A stretch of DNA of 64,000 bases from a virus (Duplodnaviria; Caudoviricetes): IMG/VR virus record IMGVR_UViG_3300032030_002018. One strand, written 5' to 3'. The translations under genes and the position numbers were made by a program. Positions 18,267-28,663 of the stretch are shown here, in pieces. A model generated the notes under the pieces. It was not told the DNA's origin, did no database searches, and saw only the letters and a list, made by a program, of their open reading frames with translations. Each line of letters begins with the position of its first letter. Positions within the stretch are counted from its first letter, which is position 1.

Positions 18267-21200
18267 TTAAAATTCTCCGTAATCAACAGACCCGTCAAAA
18301 TAAAGACCATTTGTCTTCGCTTCCTTAATGGAGTCTTTTACGTGGATTATCTTCAATAAGTTGTTTATACTTATGTCACTTGCATTGTCAACCTCAACAT
18401 TCTCAATGTCCTCTGTCTGACTGTAAGCGTGCGAAAGTTTTACATCAACCTTCATACTACCATCATTATCAATTGAGGTTGTTGTGCTGTATGTGCTGTT
18501 ACCTTGTGACAGTTTGTCAAGTTTGTCGTTGACATTCTTAATCTCCCCATCCAACAACTCATCAGCATTCTTCAATGATGTCGCACCACTTATATAGTTA
18601 GCCAATAAGTTAGGTTCATAAACGCCATCCGAATTCAAACCAGCACCAACCTGCGTCCTGTCGAGTTCCTCTTGGAGTGAATCAGACTTTCCTGACAATG
18701 AAGCAACGTCAGCGACAACTCCGTCAACCCTTGCATTTGTAGCGGCAACAGCAGCGTCAAGCAGAGCGTCAGCATTGTTCAATGATGTTGCACTGTTGAT
18801 ATAAGTTGAAGCCACATTAGGAGCATAAGTTCCGTCAGGATTCAATCCAGCACCGACCTGCGTCCTGTCAAGCTCCTCTTGCAAAGAACCAGTTGAAGAT
18901 GTTATTGCGGATATCTCACGCTCAATCTCATTGTCCTTATTCTCCCTTTCAGTTGTTTCCTGTGAAATCAAACTGTATAATTCAGTAAGGGAATCACCAA
19001 CTGTTGATGAATTGTACTTGATATTATCAGCAGTTCCAATAACCTTCAAGACACCATTGTCGTTTACAAGGATGTTGTTTACATCTGTTGATATAACAGT
19101 ACCAGCAGATATTATGGTAGAACCGTCAACATCAGTGTATGAAGTCAACTGTATACCTCCAAGATGATTACCTGACTGAACATCAACAGGATTGAACAAT
19201 TCTGTAACGTCAACATCAGTAGAAGCCGTTGTCGTACCAGTTGAGGTCTCTATGTTATAAGTTATGATGAGTTTCTTATTAGGAGCATCATAATATATAC
19301 CAGTTATGATTGAACCAGCATTCAAAGGTATATCAACACTTCCATTTGTAGAAGACCAAGTAAGAGTGTTTGTTGCTGGGTTATAAGTCAAGTTAGCACT
19401 TGCATATATACCATCAGTATGTTCTGAAATGATATTACCGACCGTATTTCCATCAATCTTAACAACACTGCTTATCACATTTGAAGCATCCTTTACCATT
19501 GAAACAGTATTTGTGTCAGAAACAGTTATCACAGCACCACTGGCAGCTTCTTCTATTTCTTGCTCCACTCTTGATATATCAGCAATCCTAGCCGCTTCCT
19601 CTGCATCGATTTTGTCTTGTAATGTTGAGGAAACATCAGATATGTCACTTCTAACCTCTGTTATGAGAGTTGACAATGTTGTTTCAGCACCACGGGCTCT
19701 TTCAGATTCTGTTGATATTGCTGTTGTGTTTGCGGCTATCAAGTCAGACAGTCTTGAATCCTCTGCTGTTCTTGATGCTGTTTCAGTTGTAATCTGATTT
19801 CTCAACAAAGCGTCCTCTGAAGTCCTGTTTGCTGTTTCTGTTGTGATATTATTAGCCAATGTAGTATCAGCACTTTCCCTTGCAGACTGTTCAGAAGCAA
19901 TGTCGTTTTCAAGTTCCGTGTCCTTATTAACCCTTGCTGCGGTTTCTGCTGACACAGCCTCACGAACATTGGCTATCTCACTTGCACGAAGTGTTGATTC
20001 TGTTGTTATTGCAGTATTTAATGCTGTTTCAGCACTAATTGCCCTTGTAACCTCATTGTTCAAAGCTGTTGATATTGTGCTTTCGCTTCCCATAGCCCTC
20101 TCAACCTCTGAACTAATAGAAGTCTGTAATGCTGTTTCAGCACCAACAGCTCTTTCTGCTTCTTCTCTTATTGCTGTTTCAAGAGTTTCAACAGCACTGT
20201 CAACATTTCCGCTCAATTCAGCAATCTTCGAAGCATTTTCATCTATCTTCGCACCTGACACATACAATGCCTTGCCTGTAACAAGTTCAGCCTCCTGTAA
20301 TATGTTATCGGCATATTGAGGGTTTGAAGTTGGGGCGATATTTACATCAGATGATAAAATTGTACGCTCACCACGTTCAATTCCCATAGTAACATTATGA
20401 TTGTTGTTGTCAACATCTATTTCATTTGACAAATCACTCAACGTTACTGAAGTTGGAACACCGTTTGAAGTTGTAAGTGTGAGTTTATGCTGATTATCAT
20501 CATAATCAAGGTTTACTGTAGCATATATACCGTCAGCATCATCATTGTTTATCTTGATAACATTTCCATCTTTTGCGGAAACCTTAACATTACCCCTTAT
20601 GACATTGATACCGTCGTTATCAAGACCCATAGTGAGTTTTATTGTATTGGTACTGTCAACACCAACCTTGCTTGCTTCAACCTCCTCTGCAAGTTCATCA
20701 ATTGAATCAGCATTAGCCTTTATCTGAGCATCAAGTTTGTCATCAGCGTCAGTAAGAGAAGTTGCAAGTTTTATATAATTGGACTCTGTGTTTGCTGAAT
20801 ACTCTCCGTTTTCCTTCAAACCGTCAGATTCAATTACTTTCTCAATAAGTGTCTTGTTATCCTCAATACCCTGATTTGAAACATAAGCTCTACCGGTGTC
20901 GTCAATCTCAAATATGTTGTCTGACTTTCTTGAAACATTGATTGCTGCTGTAAGAACATCAGTTCCCTCAATTGACCTGCTCTTAACAAGTGTCATACCG
21001 CTAGCGAACGCATTTCCGTCTGTATTGACAGGGTTGGTTTCCCATTCCGTAATCAAGTCACCCATATTAATCTCAACAGTTTTCTCACCACCACCAGTTA
21101 CAATATAAGTAATTGTGAGAATTTCTGTGTTCTTATCATATGTAATACTCTTGATTCCACTTACAGTTTCAAGTTGTATTGCTGTCTCACCGTTTGTATT

Positions 21201-23018
21201 GGTGAATGTAAGCACATTCGTAGTACTGTCGTAAGAAAGTTCAGCCTTTGCATAGATTCCCTTCTTACTTGCTGAATCATCAAGGATTATTATATTACCA
21301 TCCTCAGTTGATATATTGATATCGGCTTTCAAGATATTAGGATTTCCCTCAACAGTTGTAAGTGTAAGGTCAATACTGTCAGTATCCTCTGTTACAAAAG
21401 TATTAGTTGCAATCGCACCGCTCAGTTCCTGTATCTGACCTTCAATCTCATCATCCTTAGTTGTTGAGCGTTCAATCTCATTGTCAACCTTTTCAGCCAA
21501 AGTATCAACAGCACCTGATATCGCATTCTCTGCCACAATAGCCCTTTCAGCCTCTTCCTCTATCTGTCTTTCCAAGTCACTTTCACTTTCACCAAGTCTG
21601 TTGATTGCTTCTTCAACAGTTTCGTTCTGAGTGTACTTGATATTCCAAGCAAAACCCCTTACTACAAGCTCGTGCGAAATCTCTTCAAGTATGTTGTTGT
21701 TGACTGTATCCTTTGCGAATATCTTAACATCCGCTGTAAGTATATCTTTACCTGGAACTTGTCTTTGTTTCACAAGCTTAACAGAGTGAGAATCATTGTT
21801 GACAATCCATTCGTCAATAATCTCACCCATATCGATATCAACTCTTTGGATATTGCCATTACTGTCCTTATATCTTATAGTAAGGACTTCTGTAACAGGA
21901 TTGAATGTGATATCCTCAATGAATGAAACAGAGTTAAGTTGATAAGTATATGCCGTTGAACCACCATTTGAAAGACTTGTCGAGAATGTCAGCTTATTGC
22001 TGTCCTTATCATAGTTAAGTGATACGTTTGAGGCGATACCCTTATATGTTCCGTCGATATCATACTGATTATATATAATATTGTCATCACTGTCAGAAAC
22101 CTTCGACTTACCGTCAAAAGAATCCAACACATCCTTAACGGTTGTTTTCTGACCGTTCTTCCAGTATGATATGTTACTTGCCTTTCCATCAACATACAGA
22201 TACTGTCCATCCTGAGTCTTTGAAAGAATGTTATCAGGTGTTGATAATATGTTTATATCACCGAATAACATATCCTTTTCATCTGACAATTTCCTGTCTC
22301 TGTAAAGAAGAACAGGAGTTGATGAGAATCCCCTTTCATCAAGGTATTCCTGATAAGACTTATTACCGTCAGATGTTTCCCACTCTTCTATCAAATCCTT
22401 CATTGAGGCAGAAAGAACAATTCCGTCTGTATATGTGAATTTAAGAGTCTCGTCATTTTTGTCATACTTGACGTTCTCTATTACTGGAATAGTGAAAGAA
22501 GTAACCTCACTATTAACTTGAAAAGTAAACGTATTTGTTTCATCATCAAAAGTTAAGTTAACATAAGCATATAACCCATTATCATTCTTCTTGATTATGC
22601 TGTCAACCTCTTGACGGTTTATGACAACTGTATCATTGAGTTTAACATCACCAGAAAGAAGACTTCCACCTTCATTCTGCTCAACATAAAGAGAAAGTGT
22701 TTCACTCTCCTTTGTGACAATCTTAACAATGTCAATCAATTCCTCAATCTCAGCCTCGATTTCCTCAATGTCAGTTGTTATGCCATTGATGTCAATGAAG
22801 AATGTCCTGTTATTATTGCTTCCCTGTGTAACACCATCACCGAGAGAGCCAATAGCCAATATTATGTTAGGGTCATTAGAATCACCATATTTAAGAACCA
22901 TCGGTTCAGCATACAATGACGGACGATTATACCCCTGGTTTTCGACAACATAGTTTATGGCTTCTTCCTTTGTCTGAAATATCTCGTCGTGATGTACAAA
23001 TTGTAATCTTTTTTCCAT
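18267..23018 (-). CDS. Large putative virion fibre protein (1583 aa)
   Basis: Repeated beta modules, long ExxRA coiled coil, duplicated SLQEELDRTQVGAGLN, C-terminal DYGEF. Confidence 0.75.
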   Translation of the reverse strand: MEKRLQFVHHDEIFQTKEEAINYVVENQGYNRPSLYAEPMVLKYGDSNDPNIILAIGSLGDGVTQGSNNNRTFFIDINGITTDIEEIEAEIEELIDIVKIVTKESETLSLYVEQNEGGSLLSGDVKLNDTVVINRQEVDSIIKKNDNGLYAYVNLTFDDETNTFTFQVNSEVTSFTIPVIENVKYDKNDETLKFTYTDGIVLSASMKDLIEEWETSDGNKSYQEYLDERGFSSTPVLLYRDRKLSDEKDMLFGDINILSTPDNILSKTQDGQYLYVDGKASNISYWKNGQKTTVKDVLDSFDGKSKVSDSDDNIIYNQYDIDGTYKGIASNVSLNYDKDSNKLTFSTSLSNGGSTAYTYQLNSVSFIEDITFNPVTEVLTIRYKDSNGNIQRVDIDMGEIIDEWIVNNDSHSVKLVKQRQVPGKDILTADVKIFAKDTVNNNILEEISHELVVRGFAWNIKYTQNETVEEAINRLGESESDLERQIEEEAERAIVAENAISGAVDTLAEKVDNEIERSTTKDDEIEGQIQELSGAIATNTFVTEDTDSIDLTLTTVEGNPNILKADINISTEDGNIIILDDSASKKGIYAKAELSYDSTTNVLTFTNTNGETAIQLETVSGIKSITYDKNTEILTITYIVTGGGEKTVEINMGDLITEWETNPVNTDGNAFASGMTLVKSRSIEGTDVLTAAINVSRKSDNIFEIDDTGRAYVSNQGIEDNKTLIEKVIESDGLKENGEYSANTESNYIKLATSLTDADDKLDAQIKANADSIDELAEEVEASKVGVDSTNTIKLTMGLDNDGINVIRGNVKVSAKDGNVIKINNDDADGIYATVNLDYDDNQHKLTLTTSNGVPTSVTLSDLSNEIDVDNNNHNVTMGIERGERTILSSDVNIAPTSNPQYADNILQEAELVTGKALYVSGAKIDENASKIAELSGNVDSAVETLETAIREEAERAVGAETALQTSISSEVERAMGSESTISTALNNEVTRAISAETALNTAITTESTLRASEIANVREAVSAETAARVNKDTELENDIASEQSARESADTTLANNITTETANRTSEDALLRNQITTETASRTAEDSRLSDLIAANTTAISTESERARGAETTLSTLITEVRSDISDVSSTLQDKIDAEEAARIADISRVEQEIEEAASGAVITVSDTNTVSMVKDASNVISSVVKIDGNTVGNIISEHTDGIYASANLTYNPATNTLTWSSTNGSVDIPLNAGSIITGIYYDAPNKKLIITYNIETSTGTTTASTDVDVTELFNPVDVQSGNHLGGIQLTSYTDVDGSTIISAGTVISTDVNNILVNDNGVLKVIGTADNIKYNSSTVGDSLTELYSLISQETTERENKDNEIEREISAITSSTGSLQEELDRTQVGAGLNPDGTYAPNVASTYINSATSLNNADALLDAAVAATNARVDGVVADVASLSGKSDSLQEELDRTQVGAGLNSDGVYEPNLLANYISGATSLKNADELLDGEIKNVNDKLDKLSQGNSTYSTTTSIDNDGSMKVDVKLSHAYSQTEDIENVEVDNASDISINNLLKIIHVKDSIKEAKTNGLYFDGSVDYGEF

Positions 23019-23044
23019 CTTATTATTAGTTGTTTAATTTTTTA

Positions 23045-24970
23045 TCAGAATTTGCCGTAATCGCTGTCAACCACAATTATTACGTTATTATTTCCACTGA
23101 AAGAAGGTATTTCAACACCCGTATCAGCAGAAACACTTAGACTGTATGTTCCACCTGATAAAACATTACCATAAACATCGTCTATTCTGTCAGAAAGTTC
23201 CTCATCAGCAGCAATCCTTTCCTGTATCTCCGTTTCTACCTTGGCACTAAGTTCCTCTATCTTCTCTTCTGTACCGCCAGAAATCTCCTCAATAGCTGAC
23301 CATATCTCATCATCAGCTTCAGTCCTAGCAGAAACCTCATCTTCAAGTTCTGAACGCAAAGTTTCAATATCACCGCTCAATACTTCATCAGCATCGGTTC
23401 TTGCTGAAATCTCCTCTTCAAGCCTCTCACTCAACGATTCAATTTCGCCGCTCAAAGCCTCGTCACCGCTAATTCTTTCCTCAATTTCAGTATCTATTGC
23501 AGCACTAAGTTCAGCAATCTTCTCGTCAAATGGATTGCCTACAAGCCTCTGAATTATTTCGTCAACAGAATTGATTGTAAGTTCACCGTCAACGTTTAGA
23601 ATCTTGTACTCACAAGTGCTGTCAGGGTCCCCAGAGAAACTCTTCACTATTGAGAATGTATCTCCTTCAGAAAGAATCTTCTTCTCCCACTGATTGCCAT
23701 TCCAATAGTTCATCACATAAACCTTTCTCCTTATTGTAGGATAAAGTGGCTCTGGAACGTCATAATCCTCAAATCTAATGAAGTTCTCAGGACTAACACC
23801 CTCATTTCTTCCGAAATCAACATTAACAGAAGTCCAAATCTGATATCCGTGTTCACAATCCTCATTCAATGTAGGCATAAGAACACAAGGATAGAGTTTT
23901 CCATTTATGTACTCTGTTTCCCTGAAATTCGAACCGTCATAATCCTTTACAAGCCTCAATGAATAGAAATTGTAAGGACATTCAGCTGCTTGGAACACTC
24001 CTGAAGCATCATATTTGAACACCTTTACATAGTAATCACCAATTGGGGATGTCTTTGTCTTTGTCCAAAATACAGCCTCTTCGCCAAAATACAGAAGATT
24101 CTTGTTCTTGTCTATTCCATATCCAGCAGGATAAACAGAAAAACCATACTCATTAACACCCTCAGAAGGACATTCTTTCTCTTCTGGTTCATCTTCATCC
24201 TCTACATAATAACCAGATGTACCTGTTACATCGTGCCTCCATTTATCAGCGGTTTTCAATTTCTGACCGGCGTACTTTCCAAGTTCAATGTGACAATCAT
24301 ACCTATTGTGTGTGCGATATTCATCACACGGTTCGATTGCATTAAGTATGCCATCCCAATCCATCTTGGTTGGTATCCTCCATTCACCAGTAAGACCACT
24401 CTCAATCTGCTCAACACCGAAATAGTTATACAACTTTCCATAGTCGTCTATTTCCTCGATGGTGATATATCTATCACCAAGTTCCTTGCAAATCGGCATT
24501 TCCTCACCGGTCGTGATATCAATAATGCCTTTAGCTGGTTTATAGAAACCTGTTTCCATTGCACGGTTTATGCCAAGCGGAGAACCATCTATTCCCTTTC
24601 CAATCAAGGTACCGTCAGTTATCACCTCTGTCATTGCAGAAGCCTTGAAGTTCTTCTCTGTCAAGAATTTACCAACAACGTGAGTGTCACCATTATACTT
24701 GAATATAAGGTCTCCCTCACAGTCATCGAAAGACACTGAAAAATCCCTTGTGACACCTGAAAGGTATTCACTAAGGTCAACATCAATCATCTTCCCATCA
24801 TTCCTGACAAGATGCAAAGTCAACGTATCACCGTCAAAAGTTGCCTCCTTGATATCAGCACTCTTCAAATTGAAGAAGTTGGAATCAATTTCGTTAATTG
24901 TTAATTTACAATTCTTTGTGACGTCATCGGGATACGGACTCACCAATTTATAATAATAAATCCCTGTCAT
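23045..24970 (-). CDS. Fibre-like protein with a Fibrobacter succinogenes major paralogous (FISUMA) domain
   Basis: YGKLYN, WRIPT, AGQKLK, YGFSVYPAGY and YSLRLVKD; coiled coil; C-terminal DYGKF. Confidence 0.75.
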   Translation of the reverse strand: MTGIYYYKLVSPYPDDVTKNCKLTINEIDSNFFNLKSADIKEATFDGDTLTLHLVRNDGKMIDVDLSEYLSGVTRDFSVSFDDCEGDLIFKYNGDTHVVGKFLTEKNFKASAMTEVITDGTLIGKGIDGSPLGINRAMETGFYKPAKGIIDITTGEEMPICKELGDRYITIEEIDDYGKLYNYFGVEQIESGLTGEWRIPTKMDWDGILNAIEPCDEYRTHNRYDCHIELGKYAGQKLKTADKWRHDVTGTSGYYVEDEDEPEEKECPSEGVNEYGFSVYPAGYGIDKNKNLLYFGEEAVFWTKTKTSPIGDYYVKVFKYDASGVFQAAECPYNFYSLRLVKDYDGSNFRETEYINGKLYPCVLMPTLNEDCEHGYQIWTSVNVDFGRNEGVSPENFIRFEDYDVPEPLYPTIRRKVYVMNYWNGNQWEKKILSEGDTFSIVKSFSGDPDSTCEYKILNVDGELTINSVDEIIQRLVGNPFDEKIAELSAAIDTEIEERISGDEALSGEIESLSERLEEEISARTDADEVLSGDIETLRSELEDEVSARTEADDEIWSAIEEISGGTEEKIEELSAKVETEIQERIAADEELSDRIDDVYGNVLSGGTYSLSVSADTGVEIPSFSGNNNVIIVVDSDYGKF

Positions 24971-25103
24971 AATAATTTGTTTTGCCTTATTAAATTATTT
25001 TTTTAAATAAATATTTTAAATATTCTGTTTATCCCAATTTCATAGCCATATTAAGCAAAATATAAGTATTTATTGTGTATAAACCTTACAATTTTTATCA
25101 AAA

Positions 25104-25433
25104 ATGGCAAAAAAACACCCAAAAGGATATTGGAAAAATGAAAAAAACATTATGAACGAAGCCAAAAAATATTCTAGTAAAGAAGAATTTAAGAAAGGAA
25201 ATCTAACGGCTTTTCTCGCCTCATATAAATACGGTTTTAATGAAGATATGCCGTGGTTAGTTACTCAAAAACAGCACAAAAAAGGATATTGGACATATAA
25301 GCATATAGAAGAGGAGGCATTGAAATATAACACAAAAACAGATTTTTTCAAAGGAAATCAAACAGCATATAGAAAAGCACTGCAATTAGGAATAATTGAT
25401 GATTTTTTTATCAACAATTATATCGAATATTAG
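25104..25433 (+). CDS. Two-repeat putative DNA-binding protein (homing-endonuclease-type repeats, no nuclease domain)
   Basis: Two copies of KGYW...EAxKY...F.K....AY/F. Confidence 0.65.
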   Translation: MAKKHPKGYWKNEKNIMNEAKKYSSKEEFKKGNLTAFLASYKYGFNEDMPWLVTQKQHKKGYWTYKHIEEEALKYNTKTDFFKGNQTAYRKALQLGIIDDFFINNYIEY

Positions 25434-25436
25434 GTG

Positions 25437-25542
25437 TTTTTTCGTTTATTTTAATAGTTATTATTAAACTGATGAAAATTATGAGAAAAAATAGAGTTAG
25501 ATTAACTGAATCAGGCTTACGAAGGATAGTAAATAAGTCTGT
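25437..25542 (+). repeat. Dispersed repeat copy 2 (upstream region plus leader-coding DNA)
   Basis: Near-identical to 106-211. Confidence 0.85.
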
Positions 25543-25771
25543 TAGAAATACACTTAATGAGGCAAGTTTTGTTTCTAAAAATGATAGTGTAAATTACATA
25601 TTGAGTTCTATATTAAGAGAACTTGAAGATATAACAAATAGCGGATATATCCCATTTGCAAGTCCTTCTCCATCTTCAACTGAACAGAAGGTTAAGGATT
25701 ATATATATCAGGCTATGTCTTGCATTGAGGCAGCGATAAAATACGACAGACAGTTATATAATCGTTGGTAG
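25472..25771 (+). CDS. Small protein with putative capsid-targeting leader
   Basis: Starts MKIMRKNRVRLTESGLRRIVNKSVRNTLNE. Confidence 0.8.
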   Translation: MKIMRKNRVRLTESGLRRIVNKSVRNTLNEASFVSKNDSVNYILSSILRELEDITNSGYIPFASPSPSSTEQKVKDYIYQAMSCIEAAIKYDRQLYNRW

Positions 25772-25778
25772 ATAATAA

Positions 25779-25816
25779 TAATGAGCAATCAAATCAATCA
25801 GTGATTGCTCATTTTT
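25779..25816. terminator. Bidirectional terminator, ATGAGCARTC family copy 3
   Basis: ATGAGCAATC-N12-GATTGCTCAT. Confidence 0.8.
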
Positions 25817-25864
25817 ATATTATATTCGTGTCAAATCATCTATAATTGTCAAAATAATCGAATA

Positions 25865-27820
25865 TTATAAATATCTTCTTCTTTCGAAATTATAATTTCC
25901 AAATATATTCAGATATTCCATTCCGCAATTGTAGAACTTGAACGACTTGAAATATCCTATGAATGACCCTGCGAAATATTTCTCCAATGGATACATCCTA
26001 TCGTTGTCCATCATATAGTTAGGCAATACAGTTTCCGCAAGTCCTTGTGTTCCTCCACCTATTGAAATGTTATATGGAACACCCTCTTGTTTCTCATACG
26101 CTTCCTTCAATGCGTGAAGGTTCAATTTCGGCATACTTCTTGTAATATACACCAGTTTTCCGTCAACATAGAAAAACAGTCTCATTTCAGACATCTGTGG
26201 CATAACCCTTACGTGTATTGTATGCCACTCGCAATCGCTTATCACATTCTTGAATGAATATCCCTCTATAATATCTGTCTTGTCTTCTCCTTCCTTATCG
26301 CAATCATATGAAAGATATCTATATCCTATCTCTCCGTCGTCAGTTATTCTGAAAGCCAATGCATTGTTATATATATCATCGTAGAAATAATCGTAAGTGT
26401 TGTTATTATTGTCTATATACTCATTTATATTATTGACAGTATATCCTGTGCAGGTTCTGTTCATCAATATGAACAAGTTCTCCTTGAAATTGCTTTTCTT
26501 TCCAATATAAGTGACCTTATCACCTTCGTTCCAATTGTTAACTGTAAACCCTGTACAAGTCCTATTGAAGAATATGAACTTATTATCAGTGTCGAAACTG
26601 AATTCATTTGACACTCTTATATTCAATCCACCTTCTGTCAAGAACTCAAAATCGCTTATGTCAAGTTCCGGTTCAAGATATTGTGTTCCATCATCCATAC
26701 CCTCAAAATCCCCTATATAATCATCTCCGAATATATCACATTCTGTAAGACAACCATTTTTTGATGTGCTTGACTTTGATGGTCTTACACATCCGCAACC
26801 GCACGAACAACACTGACAATATCTATGGAATCTGTAACTTTGAAGTGTGTGTGATTCTTTCTGACAGCAATTGCAAGACACTGTTGTATGCGGTAGTGTC
26901 TCGTCTATTATCTTTGGTTTTTGTGGTATGTCAGCGTAATCGAACAATCCGTCAATTATATCGTCACAATTATATCTGTAATATTCTTCTTTATAGTAGT
27001 TATAATCAGTGTAATCATCAAGATTGAAATCATCAACAAACTCAACGTCAAGGTCTTCAAAATTGCTTATAAGATATGTTTTAGGGTCTATTTCTCCACC
27101 TTCAACATAATCATCCGGTGATAATGTGAAACATTCCTCTCCGTCGTAATGATTATCATAAAGATATATCCATTTATTTTCTGCCCTTGTTCCAATATAG
27201 AAGAAAATACCCTTATTGTCAGGATGCGAGTCATTCAATGTCGATTCTGTTTCCATATCGCATTTATTAAGTACAAACTCAAACTCCCACGGTGTATCAT
27301 ATTCCATACTTGAAGGAAGTATCCAATACTTGTCACATTCTGTCTTGAAGAAACCTTGAACAAATCCCCCGTTAAGTTTCATAACACCGTCATTTATTTC
27401 CAACGGATAACCGTACTTCAATGTGCTTCCACTTACTGGATGCAATACAAATGATTCTGTGTTAGGAGAATACTGACTGTTTTGATATAGGTCAGAGAAC
27501 TCCTTGTTGCTTACACGGTCTCTACGGAAGCGTATAAGACCGTTATCAACACCTGTATAGCCAATGTTATACAAAGTGTAATTCTCTTCCGTATACGCGC
27601 TTTCCCATTTATAATCAGGAGAACTGTAAACATTGTTCTCATTATCATACGAACCAGGCAACGACAAATCAATGTATGATATCAAACATCTATCATACAT
27701 ATTGTTCATAGAATATGAATATGGCGAGAAATTGTCCTTATTGACAAAAAAATCCCAATATTCGTCCCTGTTTACCTTAATTTTAAGGTTATGATAATTA
27801 TTTTCTTGTAAATTACCCAT
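25865..27820 (-). CDS. Putative virion structural protein (LamG/ConA-like C-terminal region, Cys-rich insert)
   Basis: GIFFYIGTRAENK; WHTIHV...FYVDGKL; ISIGGGTQGL; FIGYFKSFKFY. Confidence 0.65.
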   Translation of the reverse strand: MGNLQENNYHNLKIKVNRDEYWDFFVNKDNFSPYSYSMNNMYDRCLISYIDLSLPGSYDNENNVYSSPDYKWESAYTEENYTLYNIGYTGVDNGLIRFRRDRVSNKEFSDLYQNSQYSPNTESFVLHPVSGSTLKYGYPLEINDGVMKLNGGFVQGFFKTECDKYWILPSSMEYDTPWEFEFVLNKCDMETESTLNDSHPDNKGIFFYIGTRAENKWIYLYDNHYDGEECFTLSPDDYVEGGEIDPKTYLISNFEDLDVEFVDDFNLDDYTDYNYYKEEYYRYNCDDIIDGLFDYADIPQKPKIIDETLPHTTVSCNCCQKESHTLQSYRFHRYCQCCSCGCGCVRPSKSSTSKNGCLTECDIFGDDYIGDFEGMDDGTQYLEPELDISDFEFLTEGGLNIRVSNEFSFDTDNKFIFFNRTCTGFTVNNWNEGDKVTYIGKKSNFKENLFILMNRTCTGYTVNNINEYIDNNNNTYDYFYDDIYNNALAFRITDDGEIGYRYLSYDCDKEGEDKTDIIEGYSFKNVISDCEWHTIHVRVMPQMSEMRLFFYVDGKLVYITRSMPKLNLHALKEAYEKQEGVPYNISIGGGTQGLAETVLPNYMMDNDRMYPLEKYFAGSFIGYFKSFKFYNCGMEYLNIFGNYNFERRRYL

Positions 27821-27842
27821 AAAAGCACATATTTTTTCACAT

Positions 27843-27860
27843 TATAAATATTTATAAATA
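27843..27860. promoter_or_regulatory. Divergent putative late promoter pair (TATTTATA on both strands)
   Basis: Palindrome TATAAATATTTATA between divergent genes; the motif recurs upstream of about 18 gene starts. Confidence 0.65.
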
Positions 27861-27876
27861 GTTATTTTACGCACTT

Positions 27877-28119
27877 ATGAAAAGAATAAAAATCAACGAA
27901 TCGCAATATCGTATGCTCATTGAGTCTGGTGCATTATTAGATGGCAGTGAGACAAAGAAGGAATTCAACGACACGAATGAAATAGGGGTTACAAACGACA
28001 CACACGATGTATCAGGTGACTTAAAGAGAGGTAAGCCTGCTTCTTCTGACAGAATTGGCAAGTCTCTTACACCTCAGTCCTGGCCTTACGGCGCAAGACG
28101 TGGTGGTGTTGTATATTGA
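27877..28119 (+). CDS. Small protein with tag-like leader
   Basis: Starts MKRIKINESQYRMLIE. Confidence 0.7.
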   Translation: MKRIKINESQYRMLIESGALLDGSETKKEFNDTNEIGVTNDTHDVSGDLKRGKPASSDRIGKSLTPQSWPYGARRGGVVY

Positions 28120-28145
28120 TAATTCATTAAAAAACTATTTTAAAC

Positions 28146-28661
28146 GTGGTAATAAACAGAGAATGGGCGATGCCCAATGGAAAGACATTCTCAATAAAAC
28201 CAATAAAGGAGATTATTGAGAGGTACATTAAGGAGAGTGGTGCGAAGGTTATTGTTGACCCTTTTGCAAATGGAAGCAAAATTGGAACCATAACTAATGA
28301 TTTAGACCCAGAGTATGATACAGACTTCCATATGGATGCAAATGAGTTTTTAAGGACATTGGAAGACAATTCTGCCGATATGGTATTATATGACCCACCT
28401 TATACTCCTAACCAAGTAAAGACGTTATATAATAAACTTGACAAGACTGTTGATTTTGAGTCGACCAGTTGTGGATATTGGGCGAAAACCAAGACGGAGA
28501 TTGCGAGAATATTAAAACCTGGTGGAATATGCATAACTTGTTGTTTTAATTCAGGTGGTATTGGAAAGAAAAACAACTTTGAGATAATTGAGATATTACT
28601 TGTCAATCACGGAAGTATGCATAATGACACAATAGTAACAGTAGAAAGAAAAAAGGAATAA
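28146..28661 (+). CDS. DNA adenine (N6) methyltransferase, short
   Basis: IVDPFA and MVLYDPPY motifs. Confidence 0.8.
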   Translation: MVINREWAMPNGKTFSIKPIKEIIERYIKESGAKVIVDPFANGSKIGTITNDLDPEYDTDFHMDANEFLRTLEDNSADMVLYDPPYTPNQVKTLYNKLDKTVDFESTSCGYWAKTKTEIARILKPGGICITCCFNSGGIGKKNNFEIIEILLVNHGSMHNDTIVTVERKKE

Positions 28662-28663
28662 TT

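Noticed and set aside
944-24970. Diversity-generating retroelement acting on the LRR or FISUMA genes
   Set aside because: No reverse transcriptase or template repeat is seen, and repeat differences are not adenine-specific.
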